Below are positions 52,181 to 64,000 of a DNA stretch of 64,000 nucleotides, one piece after another. The notes below the pieces were generated by a model that did not search any database, was not told the DNA's origin, and was given only the letters and a program-made list of their open reading frames with translations. The translations under genes were made by a program, and so were the position numbers. This DNA is from Carcharhinus amblyrhynchos. Its lineage: Eukaryota. Position 1 is the stretch's first letter, and every line of letters begins with the position of its first letter. The stretch lies in assembly GCA_965287045.1 (NCBI GenBank), contig OZ336873.1:39494001-39558000 (forward strand), given 5' to 3'.

Positions 52181-53631
52181 GGGCCCAATTTTACCATATT
52201 CATTCTAAGTGCCGATTCAGGGTGCAGTACAGATCCGACTTAGAAATCCACTTTCAGGCGCCCCCATACACTCTCAGCCATCTCCAGTCTGATTCGCGCT
52301 GTGGGCGGGATTTAGCGCTGTCGGAATGATCAGAGCTCTGAACTGCGCATGCCCAGTTAGAAAAAAATTGGAAAAAGCACGCCCGTGTCAGATCACTCCC
52401 AAGCCACAGGAAGCGGAGAAAGTGGCCTGGGAGCGAAAAGTGGGGCAGAAAGTGTATCTCGGGCAGATGGGGGGAGGGTGCAGATGGATCTCGGGTGGGG
52501 GGGGAGGGGGCGGGGGGACAGATCGATCTGTGATGGGGGACAGATGGATCTCTGGTGAGGGGGGCAGAGGAGTCTGCTGCCACTCTACAGGCGATCAGAC
52601 TGGGTAGTGGGAGGGTGGATAAGGCGGGCAGTGATGTGTGTGGGTAGTGGGGGGTGGATAAGGGACACACACACACACATCACTGTCCCCCTTACTCACC
52701 CCCCACTACTCAGACTGATCGCCACCCCTGCCTCCCCACCGATTGCCCGCAGAGTGACAGCGGACCTCCCTGCCCCCACACCAGAGACCCATCTGCACCC
52801 CCCCACCCACCCATCAGAGATCTATCTGACCCAACTCCCTCCTCCACCCCCCCCCCAAGACAATGATCTGGCCTCACCCACCCCCCCGACAACGAACTTG
52901 CCTCACTCCTCCACCCCACCAAAGAGTGGTCCGGCCTCACTCACCACCCCCCTCCAGAAGAACATCTTGAGCTGCCTCCTCCCCCCCCCACCACCAGACA
53001 ACGATCAGCCCTCCCCCCCCACCACCAGACAACGATCAGGCACACCCCCGCCCCCCCCCAAAACCAGACAATGGTCAGCCTTCCCCCCCCACCACCAGAC
53101 AACGATCAACCCTCCTCCCCACCACCAGACAAAGATCAGCCCTCCCTCCCTGCCAGAGATATATCTGACCTGTCTCCTCTTCCTCCCCCCACAACCAGAC
53201 AATGATCTGGCCTCACTCCCCTCCTCCCCCGCTCTAACCAGAGAACGATCTGACCCGCCTCCCCCCCACCACTGATCTGAGTCAGAGAGCCGTTGGAAAA
53301 CTGAATGTGCTCTTAAAAGGCTGGAGTACCCGACTCAGACTTTCATGCAGCAGGTCCCTAAAAGCGCGGTTCCGGATTGATAAACACAGTGGTAAATGGG
53401 GAAATGCTGATAGAGTTGGGTGGGCAGTTCATTAGTTCAATTTAAATGCAAATCCATTTAAATTGTCATTGTGCCCGATTTGGGCGCAGAATGGATCCTT
53501 GCCATTCGTGGGTCTCGGTAAAGTGGCAGTCTGCACAGATGCGGGTGCAGATCGCAATAAAGGCCTCACACCTGACTTTACCACGATTTTGCGCCCGAAA
53601 ATGGGCACAAATTGTTGGTAAAATTGGGCCC
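52181..53631. mobile_element. Non-autonomous PIF/Harbinger element, 1451 bp, perfect 16-bp TIRs and CTT TSD
   Basis: GGGCCCAATTTTACCA (52181-52196) / TGGTAAAATTGGGCCC (53616-53631); CTT at 52178-52180 and 53632-53634. Confidence 0.92.
52850..53280 (+). repeat. C-rich minisatellite, about 12 degenerate 30-40 bp units with core ccagacaacgatcagcc
   Basis: Core recurs at about 52855, 52886, 52994, 53025, 53064, 53095, 53125, 53153, 53195, 53238, separated by poly-C runs. Confidence 0.85.
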
Positions 53632-54322
53632 CTTATCATAATCTAGCAGCCTGCTGACACGCCCTGCCCATTCTCACATGTGAAGAATTGATTCTTAATT
53701 GAAATACCAAACCATAATTGAAATATGAAGGCAGCAATTGCTTTTTGAGGGCCCTATATCAAAATTTGGTGAGACGCCTCTATATTTTAATGGACAATGA
53801 TATTAAATACTTAATCTTCTGTCAAATCTACACAGGGCCAATTATGAAAAGGCATGCTTATAACAGGTCATACTTCATAAAATGATCTGCCATTTTGTAA
53901 ATGTCCTTTTGGTGGATCTGTTCAGGGCATGATTGGCTTAGGAACATCACGCAATTGCGCAGATTTCCAGATCATAATGTTGCCCCTTCACAGGGAGGCT
54001 TTGGGGCCATACTCTCCATCAATCACTGCCTTTAAAAATGGATGGCAGAACAATTAAAGGAAGGTTAAGCTACTCAGAAATTAGCTGTTGTAGAAATTTT
54101 GTGGAAATGTTTTTTTTTGAAAATTTCTTCTTATAATAGGTTACAGACTATAATCCCATAGTGTACTACCCGCTCACATATAGTTTGCATTACTGCTGCA
54201 ATTGAAGTTATTTACGATGCCAAGCAGATGTAAGCAAAAAATCCTGAAATTTAATCACCATTGTGGTATGTATTCATGAATGCAGATTTTGCAGGCTTCA
54301 TTTATTTTACAAGCTAAGATAC

Positions 54323-54462
54323 CTCTTTCCAGTTTTATTTTGTCCAAGATGTCATTTTTGTCAGCCAGGTCAGATTTTAGTGCGGTCTCGAGCTGTGCAA
54401 TCTGTAGTTTCAGCTGCTGTTCCTTCAACTTCCACTGTTGTTCGTGGGTCATGTCAAAAGCA
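54323..54462 (-). CDS. RPGRIP1L: RPGRIP1L coding exon, 140 bp
   Basis: ttacag| ... |gtatct; [46 protein letters not shown] (within ORF 54255..54476). Confidence 0.96.
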
Positions 54463-55424
54463 CTGTAACCAAACATGTGGCATGTGAAGAACTATTGGAA
54501 GTAATCCTCCACAGAGAATAATAATTAAAACAAAAAAGCCTTAGTGGCACAGAGACTGCTGTCATCATGTCTCAGGAATTAAGCAAACATATGCTGGTCT
54601 GCTGCTGTTGAAACCAAGGCGCCTTGCTCAGGCTGCGGTTAAATCACATGAAAGGATTTGTGGGATGAGCAAAGGCACTGGCCTTAATTTAGAGATCTAG
54701 GGCCAGAAAAAACCTGGCATCACTTGGATCTGCGGGACAAGGAAAGGAATTCAGCTACATACTCCAGAGGAATACATAAATCCAAATTATCCAGCAAAAG
54801 GGGAAGGACCAAACCAAACTTTCCAAATACAAACCTGAATATTCCCTCAATATAAACAACCCAACTACCCACCCGCCTGATCTCTTTTTAGGGGTGGTGG
54901 AGGATGCAGTATTGAAAGGAAATTAAACCACAAAGTACTAACGTTGGTTATGCCTGAAACATTGTGGCCCATAGAATGATTATTCTACATGTACAATGTG
55001 GCTATTTGTTTCATAAAAGAAGATAGCAAAAACCAAAAACTATTACTTAAAAGACACTATTTTATGTCAAGCATTTGGAAAACAAAATGTGCTTCCACAG
55101 ATGAGTAAAATAGGAAATGAGAAATGATCAAAAGGGAGCAAAAGTATAAAAGAATCGACATTTTTCAAAGGAGATACATTTAGCAGTAAGAATGATTAAT
55201 GAGACGCAGGATCTTTCAAAAATATCCCTTTCCTGCACAATGGGTAACTTGAATGAGAAAAACCAGTGTGATACTGTCTAACAAGAGATAAAGAAAGTTG
55301 AAAATTAACCAAGAGATAAACAAAGTTGAAAATTAAATTATCCTATTGTACATTGGATGCATCAATACAAAATCAGGAACAGGTTTAGAAGAGCACTCAG
55401 AAACAACAGTGAATATCATAGTAC

Positions 55425-55733
55425 CCTTTACAACGCAAAAAGAAGCCACTTGGCCCATCGAGCCTGTATCGACAACAATTCCCCGAGGTCTTATCTTCAT
55501 AACCCCACATATTTATCCTGCAACCCCCTGACACCAAGCAGCAATTCAGCATGGCCAATCCACTTAACTCACACATCCTTGCACTGTGGGAGGAAACTGG
55601 AGCACCCAGAGGAGCCCGTGCACAGAAGGGGATAATATTCAAACTCCACACAAACAGTGACCCAAGCTGGGAATTGAACCCGGGTCCATGGCACTGAGGC
55701 AGCAGTGCTAACCATTGTGCTACTGTGCCGCCC
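55425..55733 (-). mobile_element. V-SINE (HE1-like)
   Basis: Reverse-complement head, V core and tail. Confidence 0.85.
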
Positions 55734-56019
55734 ACACAAAAGTATTGTCTTGGAAAGTAACATTCCTTGGTTAAGATCCTACGTGAATTAAAATTTACTT
55801 GCAAACAACTTTTGAGCAAGGATTCTAATTATACGCTTGTTATGGTGAACTTCAGCCTGTACCTGTATTTTTGTCCACACATTATTATTGTTTTCTCTTC
55901 TACTATATTTTGGATAATTGTAGTTGCCTTATTCTTTATAGCAATAACTGCCATAAAATTCTGACCACAAATGCAATGCATTTGTTATTTCCTTCAAAGG
56001 CTAAAATTTTATTAAATAG

Positions 56020-56230
56020 TTGCCAGGATTATCTCGCCTCCCCATTTTCTTGACAGTGGGAGGCGGTGCACTATTTGCCGGCAGCAAGATCTCTTGCTGA
56101 CAGTCCCATCACTGTCAATGGTATTTCCCACTGACTCCACCCTACACTGTCGGGAAACACGTGCTGGGGGTGCGCCATCAGTGGGACCAGAGGATCCCAC
56201 CAATGTGAAGAGAAGAAAGATTGTGCCCAA
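56020..56230. mobile_element. MITE-like element of about 210 bp
   Basis: GC-rich island ending aagattgtgccc, same terminal style as the other TIR elements. Confidence 0.45.
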
Positions 56231-56741
56231 TATGCCGTGCAAGCTGTCTCCCTCATAATGTATTGTGGAAAGGAAGCACAATGTCATTCTCCTGATGGTG
56301 TATAAAATGCAATTGCAGAGAATATATTTCACAAACTGTAAGCAGTATGTAGTTCAGAACAAAGAAAGGAGTTTTGGCATGTGTAAAAGATTGAAATTAC
56401 CATTTTAAAGTATAGATAAATTGTCTTTTAACAAAAAGAACTTAATTTGCTTTGATATTTCTATCCAATGGACTTATATATTTTTTAAAAAGTATAAAGC
56501 TAATCTGTACTAAAATGTGTCGACATACAGTTCAACAGTAAAAATCTTTACATTTAGTGCTAAATGGATGCAATGTAAACAAGAATTTGCAACACTAGGG
56601 ACAAATGCCTGCCACGTGTGCGAATGGTGACACCGGCGCAAAATCTCATAAGAGTCAGGAAACAAGATTCTCGCTGGCGAGATCTATTTTCCTGATTTTC
56701 CCTGCACCTTGCTGGGGAAGTAATGAGGTTCTTGTCCACAA

Positions 56742-57090
56742 CAGGCAGTGATTAGCACTGTTGCCTCACAGTGCCTGACACCCAGATTTGATTCCAACCT
56801 TAGGTGACTGTCTGCGTGGAATTTGCACGTTCTCCACATGTTTGCATGGTTTTTTTCTGGGTGCTCCAATCTCTTTCCACAATCCAAAGATGTGCAGGTC
56901 AGGTGAATTGGCCATAGTAAGTTGCCCCTTCATGTCCAAAACTGTGCAGGTTAGGTGAATTATCCATGGTGAAGGTGTGGGATTACAGGAATGGTGGGTA
57001 GGTTGGGTAGGATGCCTTTTTGGAAAGTCGCTGCAGACTCAATGGGCTGAATGGCCTCCTTCTACTCTGTAGGGATTGTATAGTTCTATG
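56742..57090 (+). mobile_element. V-SINE (HE1-like)
   Basis: Head, V core and CR1-like tail gggctgaatggcctccttct. Confidence 0.82.
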
Positions 57091-57254
57091 GGTTTTATAC
57101 ATAGGCACTCAAGCCTCTTTTTCCTCCACTGTGCCTTGTTTTTCATTATTGAGAAAAGATTCCAATTTATCTTCTTTGGGTCAAAAGGGGATAATCTCAT
57201 GTTTTCCTACATTGGTCTCCATCAGCCTGTAGAAATGCCAAATTATGGCAAGAT

Positions 57255-57585
57255 TGTGAAGTGGTGATAATGTCACTGGACTAGTAATCCTGAGGCCCAG
57301 GTTAATGATCTAGTGACACAAGTTCAAATCCCAATATGGTAGCTGTTGGAATAGAAATTCAATTAGTTTTTAAAAATCTGGAATTGAAAACTAGTCTCAG
57401 TAATGGTGACAATGAAGTTGTCATTGATTGTCATAAAAATCCATCTGGCTTGTTAATTAATATCCTTTAGCGAAGGAAATTTGCCACCTTTAGCTGGATT
57501 GGCCTAGATGTGACTCCAGACCCAGGCAATGTGGTTGATTCTTAACTGATCACAAGTGATGGTCAGCGCTAGTGATGCCCATGTC
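57255..57585 (+). mobile_element. Second tRNA-SINE family copy
   Basis: gttcaaatccc B-box; core ccatctgg..ctttagcgaaggaaat..gtgactccagacc. Confidence 0.7.
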
Positions 57586-57729
57586 AAAAACAATAAAAAT
57601 ATATTGGCTGAATTTTCTTGAAAATAGGAGAATTTTTTTTATCATGTAGAGCATAATGATTAAACAAAGATGAACAGTAAATACATGAATCCTGAAACTG
57701 AGTGGAGGTCCATTGTATTAATTGTAAAT

Positions 57730-58070
57730 AAAAACAGAAAATATAGGAAATACTCAACTGTACTAACAGCATCTATGGAGAAAGAAACTGAGTTAAGGGG
57801 CAGGATATTACGGTCTTGCTTGTCCTGAAACCATAAAATCCCATCCGAGTTCAACAGACCTTTCCATGATCCATTCCTCGCCTTCTCCAATTCCTGTGGC
57901 GGGCCGGATGGTAAAATTCCACCATTATTTCACATCTGTGAACTTTCATCAGAACTATTCTATAAAGGTCACAGACCTGAAACATTAACTCTGCTTTTCT
58001 CTCAACAGATGCTACCAGACCTGCTGACTGTTCCCAGCATTTTCTATTTTTCAGATTTCTAGCATCTGCA
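57730..58070. mobile_element. Palindromic short repeat with hammerhead-like centre, interrupted by a MITE at 57798-57923
   Basis: Arms aaaacagaaaat..cagcatct.tggagaaagaaactgagttaa / ttaactctg..ttctctc.acagatgct..; CTGATGA on minus strand at 57946-57952; AGGTC-aca-GACCT-GAAA on plus strand at 57966-57982. Confidence 0.65.
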
Positions 58071-58206
58071 GCACTTTCTTTCTTTCGTAATTGAGCTGGG
58101 AAACCAATGCACCCCACCCCAAGAAATCTGTGTAAACAACCACATACATACATGAAAACAAGATAAATCGCACAAAACAAGGAACTAAAATTGTATATTG
58201 GAGTAC

Positions 58207-58280
58207 CTGTTGTATAATTTGTCATAGTTTTCCTTCAAAAGATCTCTTTCCTTCTGTAAGTCATTGACTCTCTCCTGCAG
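58207..58280 (-). CDS. RPGRIP1L: RPGRIP1L coding exon, 74 bp
   Basis: gatcag| ... |gtactc; [24 protein letters not shown](S). Confidence 0.95.
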
Positions 58281-58932
58281 CTGATCAAAAAAAGTGTTAC
58301 AAATTACAAAGTAACACTCCATTAAATAGACAGGAAACTCAATTCAATTCTGTACACTTAGTTACTATTGCTATATATTAGGTTTCCCTCACTTCAAATT
58401 TCTACACCACTGAGGCTCCATCTGTAGACCTCTCTTGTACAATTGCGGTTTTGTAGCATGATCTACTTTATTGAAATTAGTTGTGGTAGATCTGCCATGG
58501 AGTCAGTCTCGGTGATTTGAAAATATAATCGAAATTTGTGAGTTTTCAATGTGATGTTCATACTACTTCCAAAACAGCTGTATTAAAACTAAAAATGATA
58601 ATTCACAGATTCTGGATTTAAAAAAAAACTGATTAACTCAATGCCCCTTCAAGAAAGCATTTCAAAGTGACTGGCTCAACTGTGATGTACCAGCTTCCAA
58701 CTCCATAAAATATCAGATAATGAAAGGGGGAATTATAAGCTGTGCTCCATATCTATATTTGGATAATGGTTCTGCACCTCTCTACTTACATTCCTCTGGT
58801 TTAGTATGTTGCTTGAATATTTTGAGTGAATTAGATTCCAGTAATGTACTCTTCAATATCCATTATTTCACATAATGTTCACTTCTGCCCAATGCAGTAT
58901 TACTTTCAACGTAATATCAAAAACAAAACTAC

Positions 58933-59079
58933 CTCCACAGCTGTGTTTTGAGAAAGAGAGGTTGAGTGGAGCTGATTTTCAAGAAAAAGGCACTTAGAAC
59001 GTTCCTCTTTCAGTTGTGCATTCAGTTCATCAACTTTACTCATTAAAGCATCATGACTGGCTTTCATGGTTTTCTGGTT
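58933..59079 (-). CDS. RPGRIP1L: RPGRIP1L coding exon, 147 bp
   Basis: cttacag| ... |gtagtt; NQKTMKASHDALMSKVDELNAQLKEERSKCLFLENQLHSTSLSQNTAVE; phase 0/0. Confidence 0.93.
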
Positions 59080-59469
59080 CTGTAAGACAATACATCTTCA
59101 ATGTGGTACCATGATTGCACATTACAAACTTAGGCTGTAGACATGCACAGTTTACTTCACAATTAATGATGTCTGATAGTCTATATTATTAAATATTTAA
59201 TATTAATATAAATCTGTTATTTAACATTGTCCAACTCTGCCACAAAAAAACATTTTCCAAAATGTTGCATTTTATTTTGCACAGGCTTCTCAAATAAAAG
59301 ACAACGCATTCAATTCAAGCATAGGACTGATGCTATAAAAGTTTCAGCAGCTGAGGAAGAACTTGGACCCCAATTTTCCTTATACAAAATACAAAAACTA
59401 TCATGAAAAACTCAATAAATCAATTAAAAAATAGCTCTGAAAAGGTCATTTATGACCTAAGGAGAGTTA

Positions 59470-62282
59470 AGCCAGAGAGGTTGGTCAGACTTTGTGGAGG
59501 CTATAAGTTGCTGTCCATCAAGTTTCTAAGATTGACAGCTACACCATGCCGTGGGTTAAAGACCTGTACATCAGGTTAACTGGTGGCCAGGAATATTCTA
59601 AATTGGACATGAGTTATACACATCTCCAACTTGAATTAGGTGAGCCTCCCTGGATATGTGAGAGAATTAATAAACACAAAGGCCTATATGAGTACACTTG
59701 ACAGCCCTTCATGGTCTCGTCCACATATGTCATTTCAACAGGTTGTGGAGAACGTACTGTAGGGTTATCTCAGGTAGCTGTGTACCCGAATAATGTCTTT
59801 GTCACAAGAACTTTGGAATGTGAATACTTAGCAAACCTGCAAGAGGTCTTATGGTGATTTTCAGAGGTAGGGGTACACCTGGAAAGGGAAAAATGTGTCT
59901 TCCAAACAAGTGCCATAACCTATTTGGGCTATCAGGTGGATAGGAAGTGCCTCCATCCAGAGGAGGACAAGGTAGGGGCCATTAGGAAGGCGCCAACTCC
60001 AAGGAATCCCATGGGATTGAAATTCTTCCTGGGGTTAGTGAATTTTTATAGGAAATTTAATCTGAATTTGGCTTCTTTACTGGTCCTCTTGCAGACCCTG
60101 ATTGGAAATATCAAAGTTGGTTTTGGAGGGCACCGTAACTGAAACAGCAGCTTTTGGCTTCTGTTGGTCCGAAAACGACCTCACCCTGACAAGCAATGTC
60201 TCCCCTCACAGGGTTGGGGTGGTACTGGCACGTCGCTGGAAAGATGTCAATTGCATATGTATCAAGGACTCTCTCGGATGCTGATTGGAAGTATTCCCAA
60301 ATCGAGAAAGAGGGGTTGGCAGTTGTCTTTGACATTAAAAAATTCCATCAATATGTCTACTGTAGATGCCTCATCATAGTAAGAGATCATAACCATTGCT
60401 GGGACTTTTAAAGAAGACAAAGCAATGCCCCTCATTGCCTCCACCTGGATACAGCATTGGGCTGTATTACTGGCAGCTTATGAATACCTCCTAGAGAACT
60501 GCCTTGGGACTCAGATAGCTATGGTGATGCACTGAGTCGTCTCCCATTGCTCATCAGCCCGTTTTTGCTACCAGCTGTGAAAGAGATCGTGATGACCCTC
60601 AATTCTTTAGTGCACCCTGCCGGTGTGTGCAAGGCAGATCAAGGCCAGTTTGCATAAGGAGCCAGTACTATCTAAATTAAAATACATATTACGTGGAGGA
60701 TTCAGAGGACAGCTCTCAGATGAAATGAAAATCTGACAAAGAAAGATGAGGTCAGTGTTTAGAATAGTACCATCTTCTGGGGGTCCCCATATTTGTCCCT
60801 TGCTCAGGGCTATGTCCAATATTTATGGGATTACATCATGGCCACCCTGGGATTTCAAAAATGAAAATACTAGCCAAGAGCTCCACATGGTGGCTTGGCC
60901 TTAATGCAAACATTACCGATTAAGTCAGACGCAGCGAGTCATGCTAGGAGAACCAAAAATACCTGTTACCTTCCGTACATCTATAGGAGTGGCCTGTTAG
61001 CACTGGGTGCGAGTGCATGTGGACTTCGCTGGGCCTTTAATAGATTGCATATTCTTAATTATGGTTGATGCGCAATCCAAATGGTTGGAGATACATTGCA
61101 TGAGTTCCACCAATTCCCATGCTACCACTGAGAAACTACGACAAAGTTTTTGGACACATGGGGCACCTTTAAGTCTTGGTTTCTGACAATTGCATTGCCT
61201 TTACTAGCACTGACTTTCAGACCTTTAGCTTTTCAGTGGAATCAAACACATCTGATCACCCGTCACCTAATCAGTTGACTGAATGGGCAGCGCAGTCTAA
61301 GTTCGACATGAAGGAGCAACCTGCAGCATCCACAGTGAACAAACTTGCATGATTTTTACTTGACTCTAGTACTATCTCTCACATTAGGACAGGAATCGCT
61401 CCAGTGGATCTGTCAAAAGACAGAGGCTTTGGAAAAAAATAAGCCTACTGTTCCCAAAACTGGCTGGGAGGGTGGAGCCCCAACAAGAGGACGAAAAAAA
61501 CTATGATTCTGCAAGGACAGAAATAACATTCAAATCCAGCGACCCAGTCCAAGTGAGGAGCTTTAGGGATGGTCTCAGTTGGGCCCCTGGGATCATAACA
61601 GAAAAATCGGGGCCCATGCCTTATAAGGTCCAAGTGCAGGGCAAAATTGTTAGGAAGTATTTGGAACCATCTCAGGAGTAGGGAGCCCATGCCATTGCAG
61701 ATGTCACTACCAGCCAAGGGGACAATCACTATCAACATCAAGCCATGACTGGAAGCCAACCCTCCACCTGTCCTCCTGGTGATGAGGACACAGATTCCAA
61801 AATGGAAGCGGAAGAGACTGGCACCCCAATTGAAACAAGACCTCAGGAAGAACCAGCATTAGTGCCTTTATGGTGCTCCCTTTGGAAGTGAAGGTCTCCG
61901 AGCCACTTCAAATTCCCAGATTTGGTCCTGCCTCCAATTGACCCCAGGCCGATCGCCAAGTGGTGGAAAAGGCCCACCAGTGGCCAGGTGCTAGGGAAGA
62001 GATAGCCTTGAGGAGGAAGGGATGGTAAAATGGCCACAAAGGATTGTCAATTAATCTCTCTGTGGGACCCATAGAGCACGAGCTCCACTATTAAGCAAGG
62101 GGAGGCTTGCCCAATAGGGAAGGAGCAGCTGTGAGTTTAAAACCAGCTGGCTGTATTCAGGACAGCAGTCTAAGGACTCCAAGGCTTGATCTGTACACTG
62201 TAGCTACAGAAGTGGTACTTTATGCATTTTTTAAATACAGGGTGATGTTAATGAAAGACTGACCTCAACGAGATTATTACAA
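59470..62282 (+). mobile_element. Decayed Ty3/Gypsy LTR retrotransposon (RT-RNase H-integrase, PPT, probable 3' LTR); 5' part missing
   Basis: DSYTMPWVKDL..YSKLDMS; IRKAPTPRN..LKFFLGLVNFY; SRTLSDADWKYSQIEKEGLAVVF; LHHGHPGISKMK; RVHVDFAGP; VDAQSKWLE; purine tract gaggaggaaggga at 62010-62022. Confidence 0.88.
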
Positions 62283-62334
62283 TAACATTACAAAAGAAAC
62301 AGATTGGGCCTCATTCTTCAACCTCACCAACAGC

Positions 62335-62442
62335 TAGGATTTTCTAGTCCTGTTGCAGAGAATAGGGATTTGGCTAAGCGCCAAATTCTCCATACTCACT
62401 GGCAGTGGTAGTGGGGTGTGAATGGTCGGAGAATTCTGGCCA
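62335..62442. mobile_element. MITE (5596 family)
   Basis: ggattttctagtcc...ggagaattctggcc. Confidence 0.55.
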
Positions 62443-62489
62443 TTGTGTTTTGGATGCAGCCATGTTGCCTATGATGGTTTAACTCTTAC

Positions 62490-62595
62490 CTCTTGAATTT
62501 GCAAAAACTTTCCCTCCAAGACAGTAAGTGCAGCTCCTTTTTCCACAAGTTGTTTTTGTAGCTTTATCATCTCCACATTGTCTCTGATTGCTGTT
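62490..62595 (-). CDS. RPGRIP1L: RPGRIP1L coding exon, 106 bp (coiled-coil region; about human exon 7)
   Basis: cctacag| acceptor, |gtaag donor; translates (R)[35 protein letters not shown], matching the RPGRIP1L segment [17 protein letters not shown]. Confidence 0.95.
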
Positions 62596-62859
62596 CTGTA
62601 GGAGAAAAAAGTATTATGTATCATATCATGGACAATGCAGAATGGAGAAGATAGATTTTTCTTCTGGCATAATCCTTTTTAATCACACAATTTTTCCTTT
62701 AGTAGCTTCTAAGGAGCCAAACTTAACCTCTATTTATCTGTAGAAAATACAATTGCTAAATTTAAAAAATCTGATAAAGAGGGAAGATAATTGAACAGAA
62801 ATATACATTTTCTAAACCTCTGAAGATTGGCATGTCAGTCAGAGATTTGGTCATTTTTA

Positions 62860-63230
62860 ACTGCAGCCTTCCATCCATTGACACTCTATACTTCCCACTG
62901 CCTTGGAAAAGCAGCCAGCATAATTAAGGACCCCATGCACCTCGAACATACTCTCTTCTCCCTTCTTCCACCGGGAAAATGATATTAAGGTCTGTGGACA
63001 CATACCAACCAACTCAAAAACAGCTTCTTCCCTGTTGCCATCAGACTTTTGAATAGACCTACCTCGCATTAAGTTGATCTTTCTTTACACCCTAGCTATG
63101 TCTGTAACACTACATTCTGTACTCTCTCTTTCCTTCCCCATGCATGGAATGCTTTATCTGTATAGTGCAAAGGAAACAATGCTTTTCACTGTATACTAAT
63201 ACATGTGACAGTAATAAATCAAATCAAATC
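62860..63230 (+). mobile_element. Rex1/Babar LINE 3' end
   Basis: CLGKAASIIKDPMH..SLFSLLPPGK..LKNSFFPVAIRLLN; tail aataaatcaaatcaaatc; close match to 51020-51497. Confidence 0.85.
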
Positions 63231-64000
63231 ACTTAACTGAGGATAGAAGAGTGGATTTTCCTAATGTTCATACCATATTGGCTTGTCATGTAAAATGTTC
63301 ATGGTGCAAGGGATTTTTAAAATAAACACTTCTGCTGGTATGTACCACTTTAGCAAGCTCAGTTGTCTCATGAAATTGACCCTAATGGTTAATGGAAAAT
63401 GGAAGCATTTTGAGAGATTTACTGGAGTACTAGGTATTTCAGCAACTCTGAAAGATAACTGGAAATGTTACTGCCAGGACATCAACTGTCACTTTAAATT
63501 GCCATTTTAGGAGCAATGATTTGATTACTTTAAAAGTACTTAAAATGATAAAAAGCAGATGCAGGATGAATAAGGAAAGAGTAGAGTTCAGCAAATTATC
63601 ATTTCAACTCCAGGACTAGGCTTAAAAGTTAGTCCAGGCTGATAAGCCAGAAGTTTTCTTTTTTTCACAGCTGCGAAAGTCCTGGGTGAAACATATTTGT
63701 CCAGTTCCAAACCAGTCCTAGTTGTTGATTAGGCAAAGGATGAATTCTGATTGTAAATGGATACAAATTAGATGTCTCATTCTGAGACTCCATAATAATA
63801 ACTACTGGTCGCAATGGAAATGTCCTACTGATGTAGTGGGAAATGATATTCTATGATTGGAGTTGACTTCTGTTAGCAATGCCAAGAGGGAAAGGAAACC
63901 TTTGCTCGACAACTGGCTTATGATGTTCTTCTTCTGACAGTTTTTCACCTTGACACTAAATGACATAATCGCAAAAGGTGCAACATGTCCAAAGCTGATA

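Noticed and set aside
52607-53275. 222-aa proline-rich ORF
   Set aside because: Translation of the C-rich minisatellite inside a TIR element; low complexity, no domain
52850-53280. Regularly spaced repeats resembling a CRISPR array
   Set aside because: Vertebrate context, degenerate units, poly-C spacers rather than unique spacers, no cas genes
55282-55337. 28-bp tandem duplication (caagagataaa.aaagttgaaaattaa twice)
   Set aside because: Ordinary slippage duplication; a similar 16-bp one is at 9481-9511
6726-57090. tRNA-like A/B-box sequences
   Set aside because: They are SINE heads fused to V-domain bodies, not tRNA genes

Overview
Eukaryotic vertebrate genomic DNA, almost certainly a shark or other elasmobranch (V-domain/HE1-type tRNA-SINEs, CR1, Rex1/Babar and Harbinger repeats). 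The window lies entirely inside the ciliary transition-zone gene RPGRIP1L on the minus strand. I traced 13 consecutive coding exons (62595 down to 2692; 2164 nt). All have GT-AG boundaries and compatible phases, and they encode the coiled-coil region, both C2 domains and an RVxF-like motif. The introns are a layered transposon archive: (i) a decayed Ty1/Copia LTR retrotransposon resembling the GalEa clade, with a tRNA-iMet PBS and PR-INT-RT-RH order, unusual for a vertebrate; (ii) a very young 5'-truncated CR1 with an intact ORF and a 6-bp TSD; (iii) a decayed two-gene PIF/Harbinger transposon plus many non-autonomous TIR elements, one of them a kb-scale foldback; (iv) Gypsy, older CR1 and Rex1 remnants; (v) small palindromic retro-insertions with long TSDs and hammerhead-like remnants; (vi) two local templated duplications. 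Most short ORFs in the supplied track are noise. Repeat boundaries are approximate unless a TSD or TIR is given. Family names come from motif recognition, not database searches.
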